A DNA stretch of 51,683 nt from a virus (taxonomy: Duplodnaviria > Caudoviricetes): positions 1 to 51,683 of the IMG/VR virus record IMGVR_UViG_3300047552_000616. One strand, given 5' to 3'. Both the position numbers and the translations under genes were made by a program. The first letter of the stretch is position 1. Each line of letters opens with the position of its first letter. The notes beneath the pieces are model-generated. The model was not told the origin of the DNA. It worked only from the letters and a program-made list of their open reading frames with translations, and did not search any database. This document shows, piece by piece, positions 35,875-46,271 of the stretch.

Positions 35875-36378
35875 ATGACAGCCGCGAATACCCAAGTGGT
35901 TAAGGCATACGAAGACTGTGGGATGCTTCCATCCGAAATTGCGGAGACGCTCGGATGGGAGGAATCTGCGATCAAAGCTATCCTTGCAATCCATAGCAGG
36001 AAATACCGTAGTGATACCAAAGATCTGGGGGGTCCCCTGGAAGTATCCTCTAATGCTATACAGAAAGTAGATCGCGAGGGGGAAAGCGGGGCAGAAGATG
36101 TAGAAATAACAGACCCCGAATACCAAGAGATAATCTCTGCCTACAAACAACTAGCCCTATATAGTGAAGTAGACAGCGTTCGCGAAAGAGCGCTCCGGAA
36201 CCTTATTGATGAAAAGAAGGGTCGAAAACGAATCCTCAGCCCAAGCAAGGTTGGAAGCCTGAATATTGCACAGATTAATGTTTACATAAAACAGGCGCGG
36301 GAGGAGCTTCGGGGAATGATTGAAGGGATAAATCCCATTAACATAGAAGCTGAAGTTAAGCAGTTGAAACAGGGATGA
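35875..36378 (+). CDS. terS: Putative terminase small subunit
   Basis: N-terminal HTH (GMLPSEIAETLGWEESAIKAIL); immediately upstream of terL. Confidence 0.6.
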   Translation: MTAANTQVVKAYEDCGMLPSEIAETLGWEESAIKAILAIHSRKYRSDTKDLGGPLEVSSNAIQKVDREGESGAEDVEITDPEYQEIISAYKQLALYSEVDSVRERALRNLIDEKKGRKRILSPSKVGSLNIAQINVYIKQAREELRGMIEGINPINIEAEVKQLKQG

Positions 36379-38345
36379 TGAAATCTGGTATCCACAAATT
36401 TTCTAGTCCAGAAGAACTTCAGAAGTTCCTTAATCCCATATTAAGGAAAGCAGCAGGGAGGGTAGCTAATGATCCCATATCAGTATCAACAGCAGATCCA
36501 AAAGATAATCTTACTAAATCCCAAAATAATGGAAAAGGGAAAGAGGGAATTGACCTTACTAAACAAGGTAAGGAAATTACGTATGATGTCAAGAGGGAAG
36601 CTAATTCCAATGACATATACGTTCCCGACCTATCCTGTCCCGATTCAGATGGCCAAATCTATCGCGGAGACTTCAAGGTAGAAGATAACACGACAGAAGC
36701 CGAAGTTCGCGAACGCCTAAAGCCTAGAAATCTAGGAGAGTATGAACCACTTGAATTTGCTAATCCCGCAGAAATGTTCATATTCTTTGAGCGAATGGCT
36801 CAGGGACAACGTAAGCCATATTCCTGGCAAATAGAAACATTGTTGTTTCTAGGCAAACAATACTTCAAAGAAAATCCCCTTAGATTCTTCCTGCAAGCAT
36901 GTAATGGTAGTGGAAAGGACTCCTATATCATAGCATTATTTGCTGTATGGTTTATCGCAAGCAAAATCCGGAGTAGATTTATCGGGACATCTAGCTCATA
37001 TACACAGCTCGAAGGTCAAACAGAGAACTATATCCGGACCTATGCAGCACAAATTAATGCAGCAATTGGTGAGAATATCTTCCTAATCAAAAAACAACAC
37101 ATTGTATGCACTAAAACTGGTAGTGAAATTGTATTGTTCAGCACCAATGAACCTGGCCGGGCCGAGGGGTGGCATCCCCATCCGGACTATCCTGATGCAG
37201 AAATGTGCATATGTATCAATGAAGCTAAAACTATTCCCGATGAAATATTCTTGCACCTAAAGAAATGCACAGGCTATAACATATGGTTAGAGGTATCTAG
37301 TCCCGGAGGCACTAGTGGGCATTTCTACAATGAATGCCGGGTAGCAAGACAGTGGAGCGAGGGGTATGATGGAAGAAGTAAATTTAAGCGGAAAGTAACC
37401 TATGCTGATTGTCCACACATAAGTAAACAGGAAGTAAAGGATGCTATAGATGAACATGGAATTGGTAACTTCTGGGTAAGAGCAACCTATTTCGCGGAAT
37501 TCACAGACTTAGATAGTGAAGTAGTAATTGGGGGAATCCTGATAGATAATTGTGTAGAGAATCCCCCACCCATAATAGAAGAATGTCCCGAGCTTCCCTT
37601 AAGGGCGGGGGTCGATTTTAGCGCGGGAGGGGATGAAGATACCATATATGTATTCCGGGGTAACTATCTCTGGAAATCTAAAGCATTCCGGGAAGCAGAC
37701 ACTGTGATAGCAGCGGAGATAGTAATTCAATTCCTATCCTCATGTGGATTTAAGCCGGGGGAAGCTGAGAATGTAAGTATAGATGATGGTAATGTGGGAC
37801 ACATGCTAGTAGATACAATGCAACATAGGGGGTGGTCGGTATCCCGCGTTGCATTTGGTGGCAAGGCAATCAATTCCCTGATGTATGGAAATAAGGGCAC
37901 AGAAATGTGGTTCAATGTTAAGAACCTATTTGAGCAGGGATTACTCCACATACCAAAACAAGTCGCGGCAAGTGACAGGAAACTTCTCGATCAACTTAAG
38001 GGCAGGAAATACAAGAGATCCAATGCTAGCGGTAAACTCATATTACTAAGCAAAAAAGAGCAGAAAGAAGATGGATACCTTAGCCCGGACCGCGCTGATG
38101 GATTTGTTCTAGGTAACCATAGACTTCGTTGGAAAGATCTAGAATCCTTCTTCCGGACTAAACTTGAAGAAACTAAAGTCAAAGGAGTATCCCCTGAAGC
38201 ACTGCCGGGATACTATGATGATAACTTTGTATACAATCGCTTTGAGCAACATCCCCGTGGAACAAAACCTGCTTTGGTTGGAGATCAATATCGGATAGGA
38301 AAGAAACAGATTTTTAGTCACATTAAACGAATGATTGGAATATAA
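36375..38345 (+). CDS. terL: Terminase large subunit
   Basis: YSWQ, Walker A ACNGSGKD, Walker B variant CINEA, SSPG, RuvC-like GVDFSAGGDED, SPDRADG. Confidence 0.9.
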   Translation: MMKSGIHKFSSPEELQKFLNPILRKAAGRVANDPISVSTADPKDNLTKSQNNGKGKEGIDLTKQGKEITYDVKREANSNDIYVPDLSCPDSDGQIYRGDFKVEDNTTEAEVRERLKPRNLGEYEPLEFANPAEMFIFFERMAQGQRKPYSWQIETLLFLGKQYFKENPLRFFLQACNGSGKDSYIIALFAVWFIASKIRSRFIGTSSSYTQLEGQTENYIRTYAAQINAAIGENIFLIKKQHIVCTKTGSEIVLFSTNEPGRAEGWHPHPDYPDAEMCICINEAKTIPDEIFLHLKKCTGYNIWLEVSSPGGTSGHFYNECRVARQWSEGYDGRSKFKRKVTYADCPHISKQEVKDAIDEHGIGNFWVRATYFAEFTDLDSEVVIGGILIDNCVENPPPIIEECPELPLRAGVDFSAGGDEDTIYVFRGNYLWKSKAFREADTVIAAEIVIQFLSSCGFKPGEAENVSIDDGNVGHMLVDTMQHRGWSVSRVAFGGKAINSLMYGNKGTEMWFNVKNLFEQGLLHIPKQVAASDRKLLDQLKGRKYKRSNASGKLILLSKKEQKEDGYLSPDRADGFVLGNHRLRWKDLESFFRTKLEETKVKGVSPEALPGYYDDNFVYNRFEQHPRGTKPALVGDQYRIGKKQIFSHIKRMIGI

Positions 38346-40275
38346 TAACATGGACACACAGACTGCAAATTTTACTGGCAATATGGTTCCCGGAGCACCT
38401 AGCTCTGAAGGTGCAGTTATGGTTGATGAAATCTCCCAGTTCCTAAAAGATGAAGCTGAAAAGCAGCTAGATTTCAATCAAGCTAGGCAATATCTAGACA
38501 TAATGCTTAATGATTGGAAGGATGAAGAAGATAAGACATTGGAAAGGCGGAAGCTTCGTAAAGTAGAAATTAACATTGAAGAAGAGCGAAATGAAGGTAA
38601 CCTGGGGCAGGATGAGACAATAATTCCTGTTCGCGTCATTGATACCAATATCCGTCGCGAACAACCGCCGTTCGTAAGCTACCTAAAGCAAAGTAGAAGA
38701 TTGGCGGTATTCAAAGTAGATGCAGAACCTGGACTAGATACCCAGCAAGTAGAGACGGCATTTACTAACGGGATGACCTATGAGAACTGGGAGACACCAC
38801 TCTATAAGACATTAGATGGTGCACAGACTCATGGTTGGGATAGCGTAGAAATCGTTTACGATAAAGATAAACCACTAGCTGTAGGCATAGAACATATTGG
38901 TCACGATAGGCTCATATTTCCGAAAGATGCAATTAGCATACAGCATGCTAATCGGCTAATCCGGAGATACGATATCACAATAACCCAACTCATAGCCTTC
39001 ACGGAAAGCTTTGGCTTTAATCGGGAGCAAGTAATCCTAGTCCTGAACAAATACAAAGAACGGAATACTGGGAAGCTAAATGCTAGCACGATTAAGGTAT
39101 ACAAAGTATTCTTCCGAATTAATGGTGTAGTTCATACGGCATGGTTCGCAGACAGGGAATGCGGGACTAATGATTGGCTTAAGAATCCCACTAAACTAGA
39201 GCTGGGAATTAGTAGGCTTGAATCATATATGGAGATGGGGATGCAGATAGATCCCATGTCCGGGATGCCTGTGCCCATGCCCATGCAAAAGCAAAGATGG
39301 GTTCCCGCTGATGTTAGGCTTTATCCTGTATTCTGCTTACCCTATGCTGAAACTGAAGAAGATCCCATATTCAGCTATAAGGGCAGGGTATTCCTAGACC
39401 AATACATGCAAGAAGCCCAGACATATATTACGTCGGGCTATGTTAATGCAATCGGTAGGGCTAGTAATCTCTATGCAGCAGTAGAGGGAGATGATGGATC
39501 TTCGGCCGCGATTAAGCAAGTGGCAAGTTTGGAGTCCGGGGTTATCCTGAATAAAGCCATCCGGTTCTTCCAGCCAGAATATCCCGATGCAAGTGTTGTG
39601 TCGGCTTTGCAATACCTATCTACTAGCAATGCCAATGAAACTGGACAGGTAGCTTGGGCAGTAAATAACAGGGAAGATAGCCGAAAGACAGCTACTGAAA
39701 TAGGTGCGGCACAGCAACAGCAAAGCCTACTGAATTCTGTTCAGCTAACCTTATTCTCAACCTTTATCCGACAGATCTATTCTTTTGCTTGGCAGATAGT
39801 TAAATCCCAAGCACTACAGAATAATATCCAATTCCTTCTAGACCCACAGACCGGGATGAACCGGACTGAGCTAGTAGACAAGAATTACTCTATACGGGCC
39901 GCTGGTGATATTGATGTAGTTCAGAGAGCTGAGAAGTTGGCTGAGATGAAACAATTCTGGCCAATCGTGGCAGGAACTCCCGCAGCACTACCGTTCCTGA
40001 CTAACATGCTCAAACTAGCATTCCCGGACGATGGTGAGAAATATGAGATGATAATGCAGCAAGGAGATATCCAGAAAGCTATCATCCAACAAATGTATGG
40101 AATCTTAGCCGCACTTGGTGATGAAGTAATCAAGGGATTACCTCCACAGCAACAGCAGAACTTTATGATGTTGATGCAACAGGCGCAGCAAGTATTGGGA
40201 CAACAGGGACAACAGGAACAACCGCAACAGCAGTCTACCACACAACAAAATGGCCAACCTAGTAGCAATATATGA
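38335..40275 (+). CDS. Portal protein
   Basis: 646 aa after terL; KTATEI motif; Gln-rich C-terminus (P22/T7-type portals). Confidence 0.85.
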   Translation: MEYNNMDTQTANFTGNMVPGAPSSEGAVMVDEISQFLKDEAEKQLDFNQARQYLDIMLNDWKDEEDKTLERRKLRKVEINIEEERNEGNLGQDETIIPVRVIDTNIRREQPPFVSYLKQSRRLAVFKVDAEPGLDTQQVETAFTNGMTYENWETPLYKTLDGAQTHGWDSVEIVYDKDKPLAVGIEHIGHDRLIFPKDAISIQHANRLIRRYDITITQLIAFTESFGFNREQVILVLNKYKERNTGKLNASTIKVYKVFFRINGVVHTAWFADRECGTNDWLKNPTKLELGISRLESYMEMGMQIDPMSGMPVPMPMQKQRWVPADVRLYPVFCLPYAETEEDPIFSYKGRVFLDQYMQEAQTYITSGYVNAIGRASNLYAAVEGDDGSSAAIKQVASLESGVILNKAIRFFQPEYPDASVVSALQYLSTSNANETGQVAWAVNNREDSRKTATEIGAAQQQQSLLNSVQLTLFSTFIRQIYSFAWQIVKSQALQNNIQFLLDPQTGMNRTELVDKNYSIRAAGDIDVVQRAEKLAEMKQFWPIVAGTPAALPFLTNMLKLAFPDDGEKYEMIMQQGDIQKAIIQQMYGILAALGDEVIKGLPPQQQQNFMMLMQQAQQVLGQQGQQEQPQQQSTTQQNGQPSSNI

Positions 40276-40570
40276 CAAGGTTCGAGAGAAAGATAAATCT
40301 CCCGAAGAAATTGCAAGAGTCAAAAACGAAGAAGCTGACAAAGCAGTATTTCAGGCGCAGCTTAAAAATCAGCGTGAAGCATGGCTGGAGCATGAAGTAA
40401 CTAAAAGATTTCTCGGTGAATTGTGGAAATTCTATCGAGATAACTCTGATATGGCAGTAACTCTAACGGGAAGATCTGCTAGTCAGAGTGATGTTAATAA
40501 CCTATTACTCGAAAACAAAACAATAAGAAAGGTAATCAAGTATGCCAGCACCGGAGTCTACGGGGAATAA
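40250..40570 (+). CDS. Hypothetical protein (post-portal)
   Basis: 106 aa; AWLEHEVTKRF. Confidence 0.65.
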   Translation: MANLVAIYDKVREKDKSPEEIARVKNEEADKAVFQAQLKNQREAWLEHEVTKRFLGELWKFYRDNSDMAVTLTGRSASQSDVNNLLLENKTIRKVIKYASTGVYGE

Positions 40571-41783
40571 TCTACCTGCGTTCACACCAGGGGAAGTTCA
40601 GAAAGCAAGTCAGTCTGTAAATCCAGACCAAGTATTCCAGGGAAAACCTGTTGGGAATGATGCTGACGTTAAGCCAGCATCTACTGAACAGGTAGAGGAT
40701 ATTCCCGGAGCAACAAAACGAGAGGATACTTCTGAAGGGAAGGATCTATCTAAAGTATCTTTTGATGACTTTCAGTCAGTATTAGATAAACATGCTGAAA
40801 AGCAAGGGGAAGAGTTAAAAGATAATGAAAAGAAAATCGACACATCACACAAAGCAACAGAGCCTGACATCAAGAAACAACAGCAATCTACTCAGCAAGC
40901 TACTGAACAAAGGCCGGGTAGTGATAAGGAAAGATCGCCGGACCAACGAGATTATTCTGGGCTTCCTGAAGAAGTAGTTCCCTTATTCAAGAAAATGGGA
41001 AGAGAGTCTTTCGATAGACTTAAGCCCATGTATCTTGAGCATGCTGAGCTAAAGAAAAAGATCGCAGATGTAGAGAAACAAGCTAGAGATGGACGACTAG
41101 CTAACAAGATCCCTGATAACTGGTATGAACATGAAGAGGCTTATGCTCTAACTCCGGAATTCCGTCAAGTTAGTAGTGACATAAACGAGGCTGCAAGTGT
41201 TATCCGACATTGGCAGCAACAAATTAGTAACATTCGTCAGGGTAAGGATTGGGAGGGATTGGCTTGGGATACGCAGAATAAGAGGATTGTGAGGACAGCG
41301 CCGGTAGCAGGGACGCCTGAAGCTGAAGCTGCCATTATCGCAAATCTTAACCATGCTCAAAACCAGCTAGTCCAATTCCAAAATGAGGCCCGACAAATTC
41401 AGCAGCAATTTCGGGGTGGCTATGAAGGTGCCCGGAATGAAGTCACAGAACTTACCAAGCAATTCTTTGGCAACTATGAGACAGAAGGAGAGAAGCATCC
41501 TATGGCTCAAGTTGTGAAGAATGTATTTGATAAGATTCCACAAGCATATCGCGGGCATCCACTGGCCAAACTTGTAGCATATACTGCTGCGAATAATGTT
41601 CAGCTAAGACTGATCCTTGATGATATGCAGAAGAAACAGGGAGCAACTGAGCGGGTAACTCAGACTGCTAAAGCTGCCGGACCTAACATGAATGATATTA
41701 ATGGAGTCACAACAGGAACAGGACGAAAGTCTGATGTAGCCTATGATGACTTTAAGCGTATTATTTCGGGGTATACTGAATAG
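40542..41783 (+). CDS. Putative capsid scaffolding protein
   Basis: Charged, disordered N-terminus, coiled coils; directly precedes MCP. Confidence 0.65.
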   Translation: MPAPESTGNNLPAFTPGEVQKASQSVNPDQVFQGKPVGNDADVKPASTEQVEDIPGATKREDTSEGKDLSKVSFDDFQSVLDKHAEKQGEELKDNEKKIDTSHKATEPDIKKQQQSTQQATEQRPGSDKERSPDQRDYSGLPEEVVPLFKKMGRESFDRLKPMYLEHAELKKKIADVEKQARDGRLANKIPDNWYEHEEAYALTPEFRQVSSDINEAASVIRHWQQQISNIRQGKDWEGLAWDTQNKRIVRTAPVAGTPEAEAAIIANLNHAQNQLVQFQNEARQIQQQFRGGYEGARNEVTELTKQFFGNYETEGEKHPMAQVVKNVFDKIPQAYRGHPLAKLVAYTAANNVQLRLILDDMQKKQGATERVTQTAKAAGPNMNDINGVTTGTGRKSDVAYDDFKRIISGYTE

Positions 41784-41808
41784 ATTACCTTAATCTCTAA
41801 CGATATCG

Positions 41809-41848
41809 AACTCCTAGTCTGGCTATTCCAGCTAGGAGTTTTTTGTTT
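41809..41848 (+). terminator. Intrinsic terminator
   Basis: AACTCCTAG-TCTGG-CTATT-CCAG-CTAGGAGTT followed by TTTTGTTT. Confidence 0.85.
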
Positions 41849-41865
41849 TGGCATGTTTATTGCTA
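41849..41865 (+). promoter_or_regulatory. sigma54 promoter of major capsid gene
   Basis: TGGCATG-TTTA-TTGCTA directly after the terminator. Confidence 0.9.
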
Positions 41866-42019
41866 TATCCGCTCTTGCCACTTCTTGTTGTCCTGGGCAA
41901 ACAACTTCTGCCACTAATTCAGAAGTGAATGGGCATCGCTTCCAGCCAAATTGTTGGTTTCCGGCTGAGATGTGAAACCTATAGTTAATTAACTGTAGTT
42001 TTAAAGTAATTTCTGAATT

Positions 42020-43330
42020 ATGCCTAGTTATGCGATTCCGGCACTAGATGCCAATTATTGCTCAGGATGGAATGAGCAGGACATTAACCTTTACAATAAA
42101 CTTGATTTCTACTTTGCTAAAATGCAAGTAGAGATGAAGAAAGGTTGGCCGCTCTGGAGTAAACTTCTTGGTAAAATCCGATGGCAGCCCAATATGGGTA
42201 ATACCATGCGTGGTGTTACTAAGATGCCCTCGCCCCATCTTCGTCAGTTCGCAGTTCCATCGCCAATTCTTAATGGAACTCTCCCTAAGAAAGATATTCT
42301 TGATGTTCGTGAGCGTAAAGAAGATGTGACGATTTATCGTCATCGCTTTGAGTCTCAGATCATGAACTTCATTCCGAGCTTTCGTGACTTCTTCAAAGAT
42401 CACGTATCTGCTCACTCTACTGATATTGCTGAAAAGCAACTGAGGTATGATGATATCTATATTCGTGGTAACATCTTCCATCAAGCTCCGTTTGTATTCC
42501 TGCCTGATTCTGCTCAGGCTGCTGGTAGCTTGATTGATGCTCCTTATGGCGTGGGTGATGATGCCGGACGGAGTGAAGCAAATGGATATCAGTCTAGCAA
42601 TACAGCTAAAACTAAGGTTTGGCTGCAAGCTAAGTTGGCTGAGATTGGAACTCCCGGCAATCTGAGCTTTAATGCTCTGAATCTGCTGCTAACTATTATG
42701 GAAAACGATCTGCGTATTCCATACTATAGTGGTAGTGATATGCCGAAGGATGATGCTGGACTGAGTGGTAAGTATGTTCTTATCTGCTCAGGGGAAGCTT
42801 GGAACCAATTCCTGTATGATCCCTGGATGCTTGCTAATAAACCTATTGATATGGATGTAGTCCACAATGGGTGGAAAGGTAGCTTCTTTGGTCGCATTAC
42901 AACTAAGATTGAAGATCTTCCTCTTCGTATCTCGGCTGATGGAACATTCCCCAATCCCCAAACTCGGGAAGTTAATCCGAATGCTTATAACTACCAGGAA
43001 ACTATCAACAATCCTGCATACAATAATGCCCCCTATGAAGTGGCATTCCTTGCTGGTGCTCAGGGTTATGATAGTATTGAGATTGGACCGCCGCCGTCGC
43101 CATTCGCGGGTGGAATGCCTGATGGTTTTGGCAAGATGATTTGGAATGGCGAAATTGTCATGACCAAGAATATCTTGATTCCTTGCACAGATGATCGCAA
43201 TCAGCTTACGTATGATACCAATAACTATGGTGAATACCTTAAGTTGATCTCTCAGGTTACTTATGGTATTATGCCTAAGCAACGTCGAAATATCATTCCG
43301 ATTATCTTCCAGCGTAAGCGTGGGGCATAA
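42020..43330 (+). CDS. Major capsid protein
   Basis: 436 aa; W.PNMGNTMRGV; position after scaffold; dedicated promoter; T-ending codon bias. Confidence 0.8.
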   Translation: MPSYAIPALDANYCSGWNEQDINLYNKLDFYFAKMQVEMKKGWPLWSKLLGKIRWQPNMGNTMRGVTKMPSPHLRQFAVPSPILNGTLPKKDILDVRERKEDVTIYRHRFESQIMNFIPSFRDFFKDHVSAHSTDIAEKQLRYDDIYIRGNIFHQAPFVFLPDSAQAAGSLIDAPYGVGDDAGRSEANGYQSSNTAKTKVWLQAKLAEIGTPGNLSFNALNLLLTIMENDLRIPYYSGSDMPKDDAGLSGKYVLICSGEAWNQFLYDPWMLANKPIDMDVVHNGWKGSFFGRITTKIEDLPLRISADGTFPNPQTREVNPNAYNYQETINNPAYNNAPYEVAFLAGAQGYDSIEIGPPPSPFAGGMPDGFGKMIWNGEIVMTKNILIPCTDDRNQLTYDTNNYGEYLKLISQVTYGIMPKQRRNIIPIIFQRKRGA

Positions 43331-43374
43331 GCTGAAGGAATAGAAAGGATACAACGTAATTACTAAATAAGAAT

Positions 43375-44076
43375 ATGAAAAAACTATTTGTTTCAATTGG
43401 ACTTAGTGTAATGGCAACAGTTGCCTTTGCGCAAAGTGGATGGGTGGTGACGAACTTCCCTGCGGTTACTGCTGGTGGTGGACATTCTTCTCTGGTTGGC
43501 ACAACCAACTATTGGAAGTTGTTTACGCCTGCTAATACTGTGGTAGAAGTTGATAGCATTACGGCTCAGCTTGTTGATGTGCCTAGTTCTGGATGGACGA
43601 ATACTCTTCCAGTCAAGTTCTACTTGCATGACAACTGGACCGCGACAAATCGGTGGAAGGTTTCAACGACTGATGCCACAGCTTCGGAACACACGTTTAC
43701 TAATTATTCTGGCTATGCCACGAATTATATTACTGTAGCGTGTCCGGGCGGAGTTACTGATCCGGGTGCTCCTGGTGCCCATTTCACTAACTATCTGACT
43801 GCTGGTGTATATACTAATTGGTTCACTAATTCTGCTTGGTTCACATTGCCAGTAGCAACTACATGGACCAACTTGTTTACACCAACTCCTAGTGGTCAAG
43901 TTAAGAAAACATGGCAGCAGAGTCCGAGCACTACTGTAACGCATAACGATCTCGGTATCATTTGCACTAAAGGTGGTGTGTTTGGTTGGGTAGTTGATGG
44001 TGGGGCTAGGATTGAAACCAACACTGTCAACGTATCCATTAAGTATCGCACGCTCTTCGGTCCGAATCGTCCTTAA
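43375..44076 (+). CDS. Signal-peptide-bearing Thr/Asn-rich protein (possible capsid decoration)
   Basis: MKKLFVSIGLSVMATVAFA-QS; many TN dipeptides. Confidence 0.7.
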   Translation: MKKLFVSIGLSVMATVAFAQSGWVVTNFPAVTAGGGHSSLVGTTNYWKLFTPANTVVEVDSITAQLVDVPSSGWTNTLPVKFYLHDNWTATNRWKVSTTDATASEHTFTNYSGYATNYITVACPGGVTDPGAPGAHFTNYLTAGVYTNWFTNSAWFTLPVATTWTNLFTPTPSGQVKKTWQQSPSTTVTHNDLGIICTKGGVFGWVVDGGARIETNTVNVSIKYRTLFGPNRP

Positions 44077-44129
44077 TGATTGGGTGTGTGGAGGAACAAC
44101 GACGCACGCATGTAGAGTAGTAGGGTAGG

Positions 44130-44228
44130 TAGACATAATGCACACAGAGCTTAACTGGACAGAAGTTTTCTCTGTGTGCATTAGTCTATATAAGAGGCAA
44201 TAAATAATCTAACAAGAAACTTCTGTCC
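44130..44228 (+). promoter_or_regulatory. Hairpin / H-type pseudoknot between 44076 and 44240
   Basis: tagac-a-taatgcacacagag / ctctgtgtgcatta-gtcta; loop ggacagaagttt (44157-68) complementary to aaacttctgtcc (44217-28). Confidence 0.65.
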
Positions 44229-44239
44229 GCTCCAATTTT

Positions 44240-44668
44240 ATGGCAAATACAGCAGAACAAGCAAACATTCCGGGACTCGGGACAATGTATCCCCGTGCTG
44301 AAGTTCAGATCTTTGATGATTTGAATTACAGGAACATGATTAAGATTAAGCGTGGCACGAAGACGGCCCCACTTATTGGCTCTGCTGCTCGCGAGATCTA
44401 TATTGGACCATGTGTTCTCTATGATATTGTTATCAAGAGTTACTCTGCTGCGAATTGCGATATCCTTGTGTTTGATCTAGCAACAGAGCCGGATACTGAG
44501 GATGAAGATTTTATTTTTGATGTGCTAGCTGGTAAGACTTCTAGCTGGACTAGCGCGAAGGGTTGGCTAATGCGTAATGGTCTTTGGATTATATTTGGAA
44601 CATTAGTTACTGACACATATGTTGCAACTGTTCAATTACGTCCGTTGCCAGGTGCTGTAGTTTCTTAA
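44240..44668 (+). CDS. Hypothetical virion protein
   Basis: 142 aa, beta-rich; GWLMRNGLWI. Confidence 0.65.
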   Translation: MANTAEQANIPGLGTMYPRAEVQIFDDLNYRNMIKIKRGTKTAPLIGSAAREIYIGPCVLYDIVIKSYSAANCDILVFDLATEPDTEDEDFIFDVLAGKTSSWTSAKGWLMRNGLWIIFGTLVTDTYVATVQLRPLPGAVVS

Positions 44669-44711
44669 TTATTAACAATTTATTGGAGAGTGTTCTGGAG
44701 GATCACCAAGT

Positions 44712-46271
44712 ATGAATAAACTAATAGTAATGCTGAGTATAGCTCTCGTAGCAACACTCTCTGATTCTTTCTATGTTGCAAAAGGAGCAGTAGGTAGCAC
44801 GGGAGGGACCGGAGGGGGGACGACAACTGTAAGTGCAGTTGGGGCTATGACTACCAATCTGTATTTGATGAGCACGTTTTCAGATGACCAGAAACTCTCC
44901 CTTCGCATCAGCTACGACGGCACGAATTGGGGAGAGTTTGTGCCAAACTTTCGCGAAGTTTATTCTGATCCTGAATATGCGTTGGTGGGACCAGTGGTGC
45001 GCGATCCGAGTATAATCTACGATGAAGCCACGGAATCCTGGTTGTGTGTTTATACCTATACCTACGATGGATCGAATGCTTTTGGGATTGCTCAGAGCTT
45101 CGATTTGATTAGTTGGAATCGCATTGCCATGATCGACGCGTACGATACGACAGCGGTAACTGCCACCTGGGCACCTGAGTTCTTTGTCGATACGGATGGA
45201 ACTCTCCGCGTTCTTGGTGCACTTGCCACAGGGACAAGTGGTGAGATGGAGATTTACGAGTTCAATGCTACGAGTGGCACTCGCTTGGCATGGTCTGCGC
45301 GCAGCCTACAAATAGCGAAACCGGCTGCTAATGTTAATTTGATCGATCCCTTCATGATGATTCACACCAATGGTGCCTATTGGTTGTGGGTCAATCAATA
45401 TAATACGGGTTCTCCGTATAATCGCTATTATGTGGCCTATACGAATACTGCTGGAGTCGGCAATACATGGTATCCACACAAGACCAACACCACCTGGACG
45501 GTGGACTCATACGAGGGCCTGAGCATCGTCACTAAGCCGGGCGGCGGTTATCGGGCGTATCTCGACAAGACTCCGGGCGGCGTTGGCAACATATTCACCA
45601 GCGAAAGCGCTGACCTGTATACCTGGACTGCTCCTGCTGCTATTGTATGTGCATCCAATGCTGTGCATGGAACAGTAGTGAGATTATCTGATCCGCTGCA
45701 ACGGGCGAATGTGATGGCGAATTGGGGGAAGTCTACGAATCTGGTATTGGGCGATCTCACGGTAAACGGGACTTTGACTTATGATTTGCTTACTGTTGAT
45801 ACAGCAATCGTCACCAACCTCTACGGAAAGATTGGCTGGATTACCAATGCCAATGGGGAATACGTTCCTACGGGGAGTAGCAATGTGACATGGAGTGGTA
45901 TTCAAACATTCAGCGGGAACAACCTATTAAGTGGGTCCAATGTCCAGTCAGGCACACTGCAATATTCAACCAACGCGGCACTTGGAGGAGCAGTAATCAG
46001 TCTTGCAGAAGCCTATCAATACACCAATTGCCTGAACTGGGATGCAGTGCGATATACTTCGCTATCAGGAACCAACGATGCTTATGTGCAATCAACTGTT
46101 CTATTCTTGGAATGCAGCACGAACAAAGTCATTGAAGTGGCTATTCCAGGCGTGCGGTCAGTGGATGGTATTTACACGAACACCATCAACACCACAAGCA
46201 ATGCAGTAATTTCAATTGTTCGTTATGGGAACACGCTAACCAACATGGCGTTTAAAGTATTCCGCCCATGA
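44712..46271 (+). CDS. Secreted GH43/GH32-like five-bladed beta-propeller with fibre-like C-terminus
   Basis: Signal peptide; RDPSII, SFDLISW, WAPE, IDPF, YEG, SADLYTW. Confidence 0.7.
   Translation: MNKLIVMLSIALVATLSDSFYVAKGAVGSTGGTGGGTTTVSAVGAMTTNLYLMSTFSDDQKLSLRISYDGTNWGEFVPNFREVYSDPEYALVGPVVRDPSIIYDEATESWLCVYTYTYDGSNAFGIAQSFDLISWNRIAMIDAYDTTAVTATWAPEFFVDTDGTLRVLGALATGTSGEMEIYEFNATSGTRLAWSARSLQIAKPAANVNLIDPFMMIHTNGAYWLWVNQYNTGSPYNRYYVAYTNTAGVGNTWYPHKTNTTWTVDSYEGLSIVTKPGGGYRAYLDKTPGGVGNIFTSESADLYTWTAPAAIVCASNAVHGTVVRLSDPLQRANVMANWGKSTNLVLGDLTVNGTLTYDLLTVDTAIVTNLYGKIGWITNANGEYVPTGSSNVTWSGIQTFSGNNLLSGSNVQSGTLQYSTNAALGGAVISLAEAYQYTNCLNWDAVRYTSLSGTNDAYVQSTVLFLECSTNKVIEVAIPGVRSVDGIYTNTINTTSNAVISIVRYGNTLTNMAFKVFRP

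Noticed and set aside
42062-44181. Long antisense ORFs (42062..42628, 42788..43396, 43663..44181) and similar shadow ORFs elsewhere
   Set aside because: They lie opposite well-supported genes with biased codons and have no motifs
44353-45301. Further GG-N10-GC matches (44353, 45275, 45286; also 3696)
   Set aside because: Mid-CDS with a poor -12 element; expected by chance
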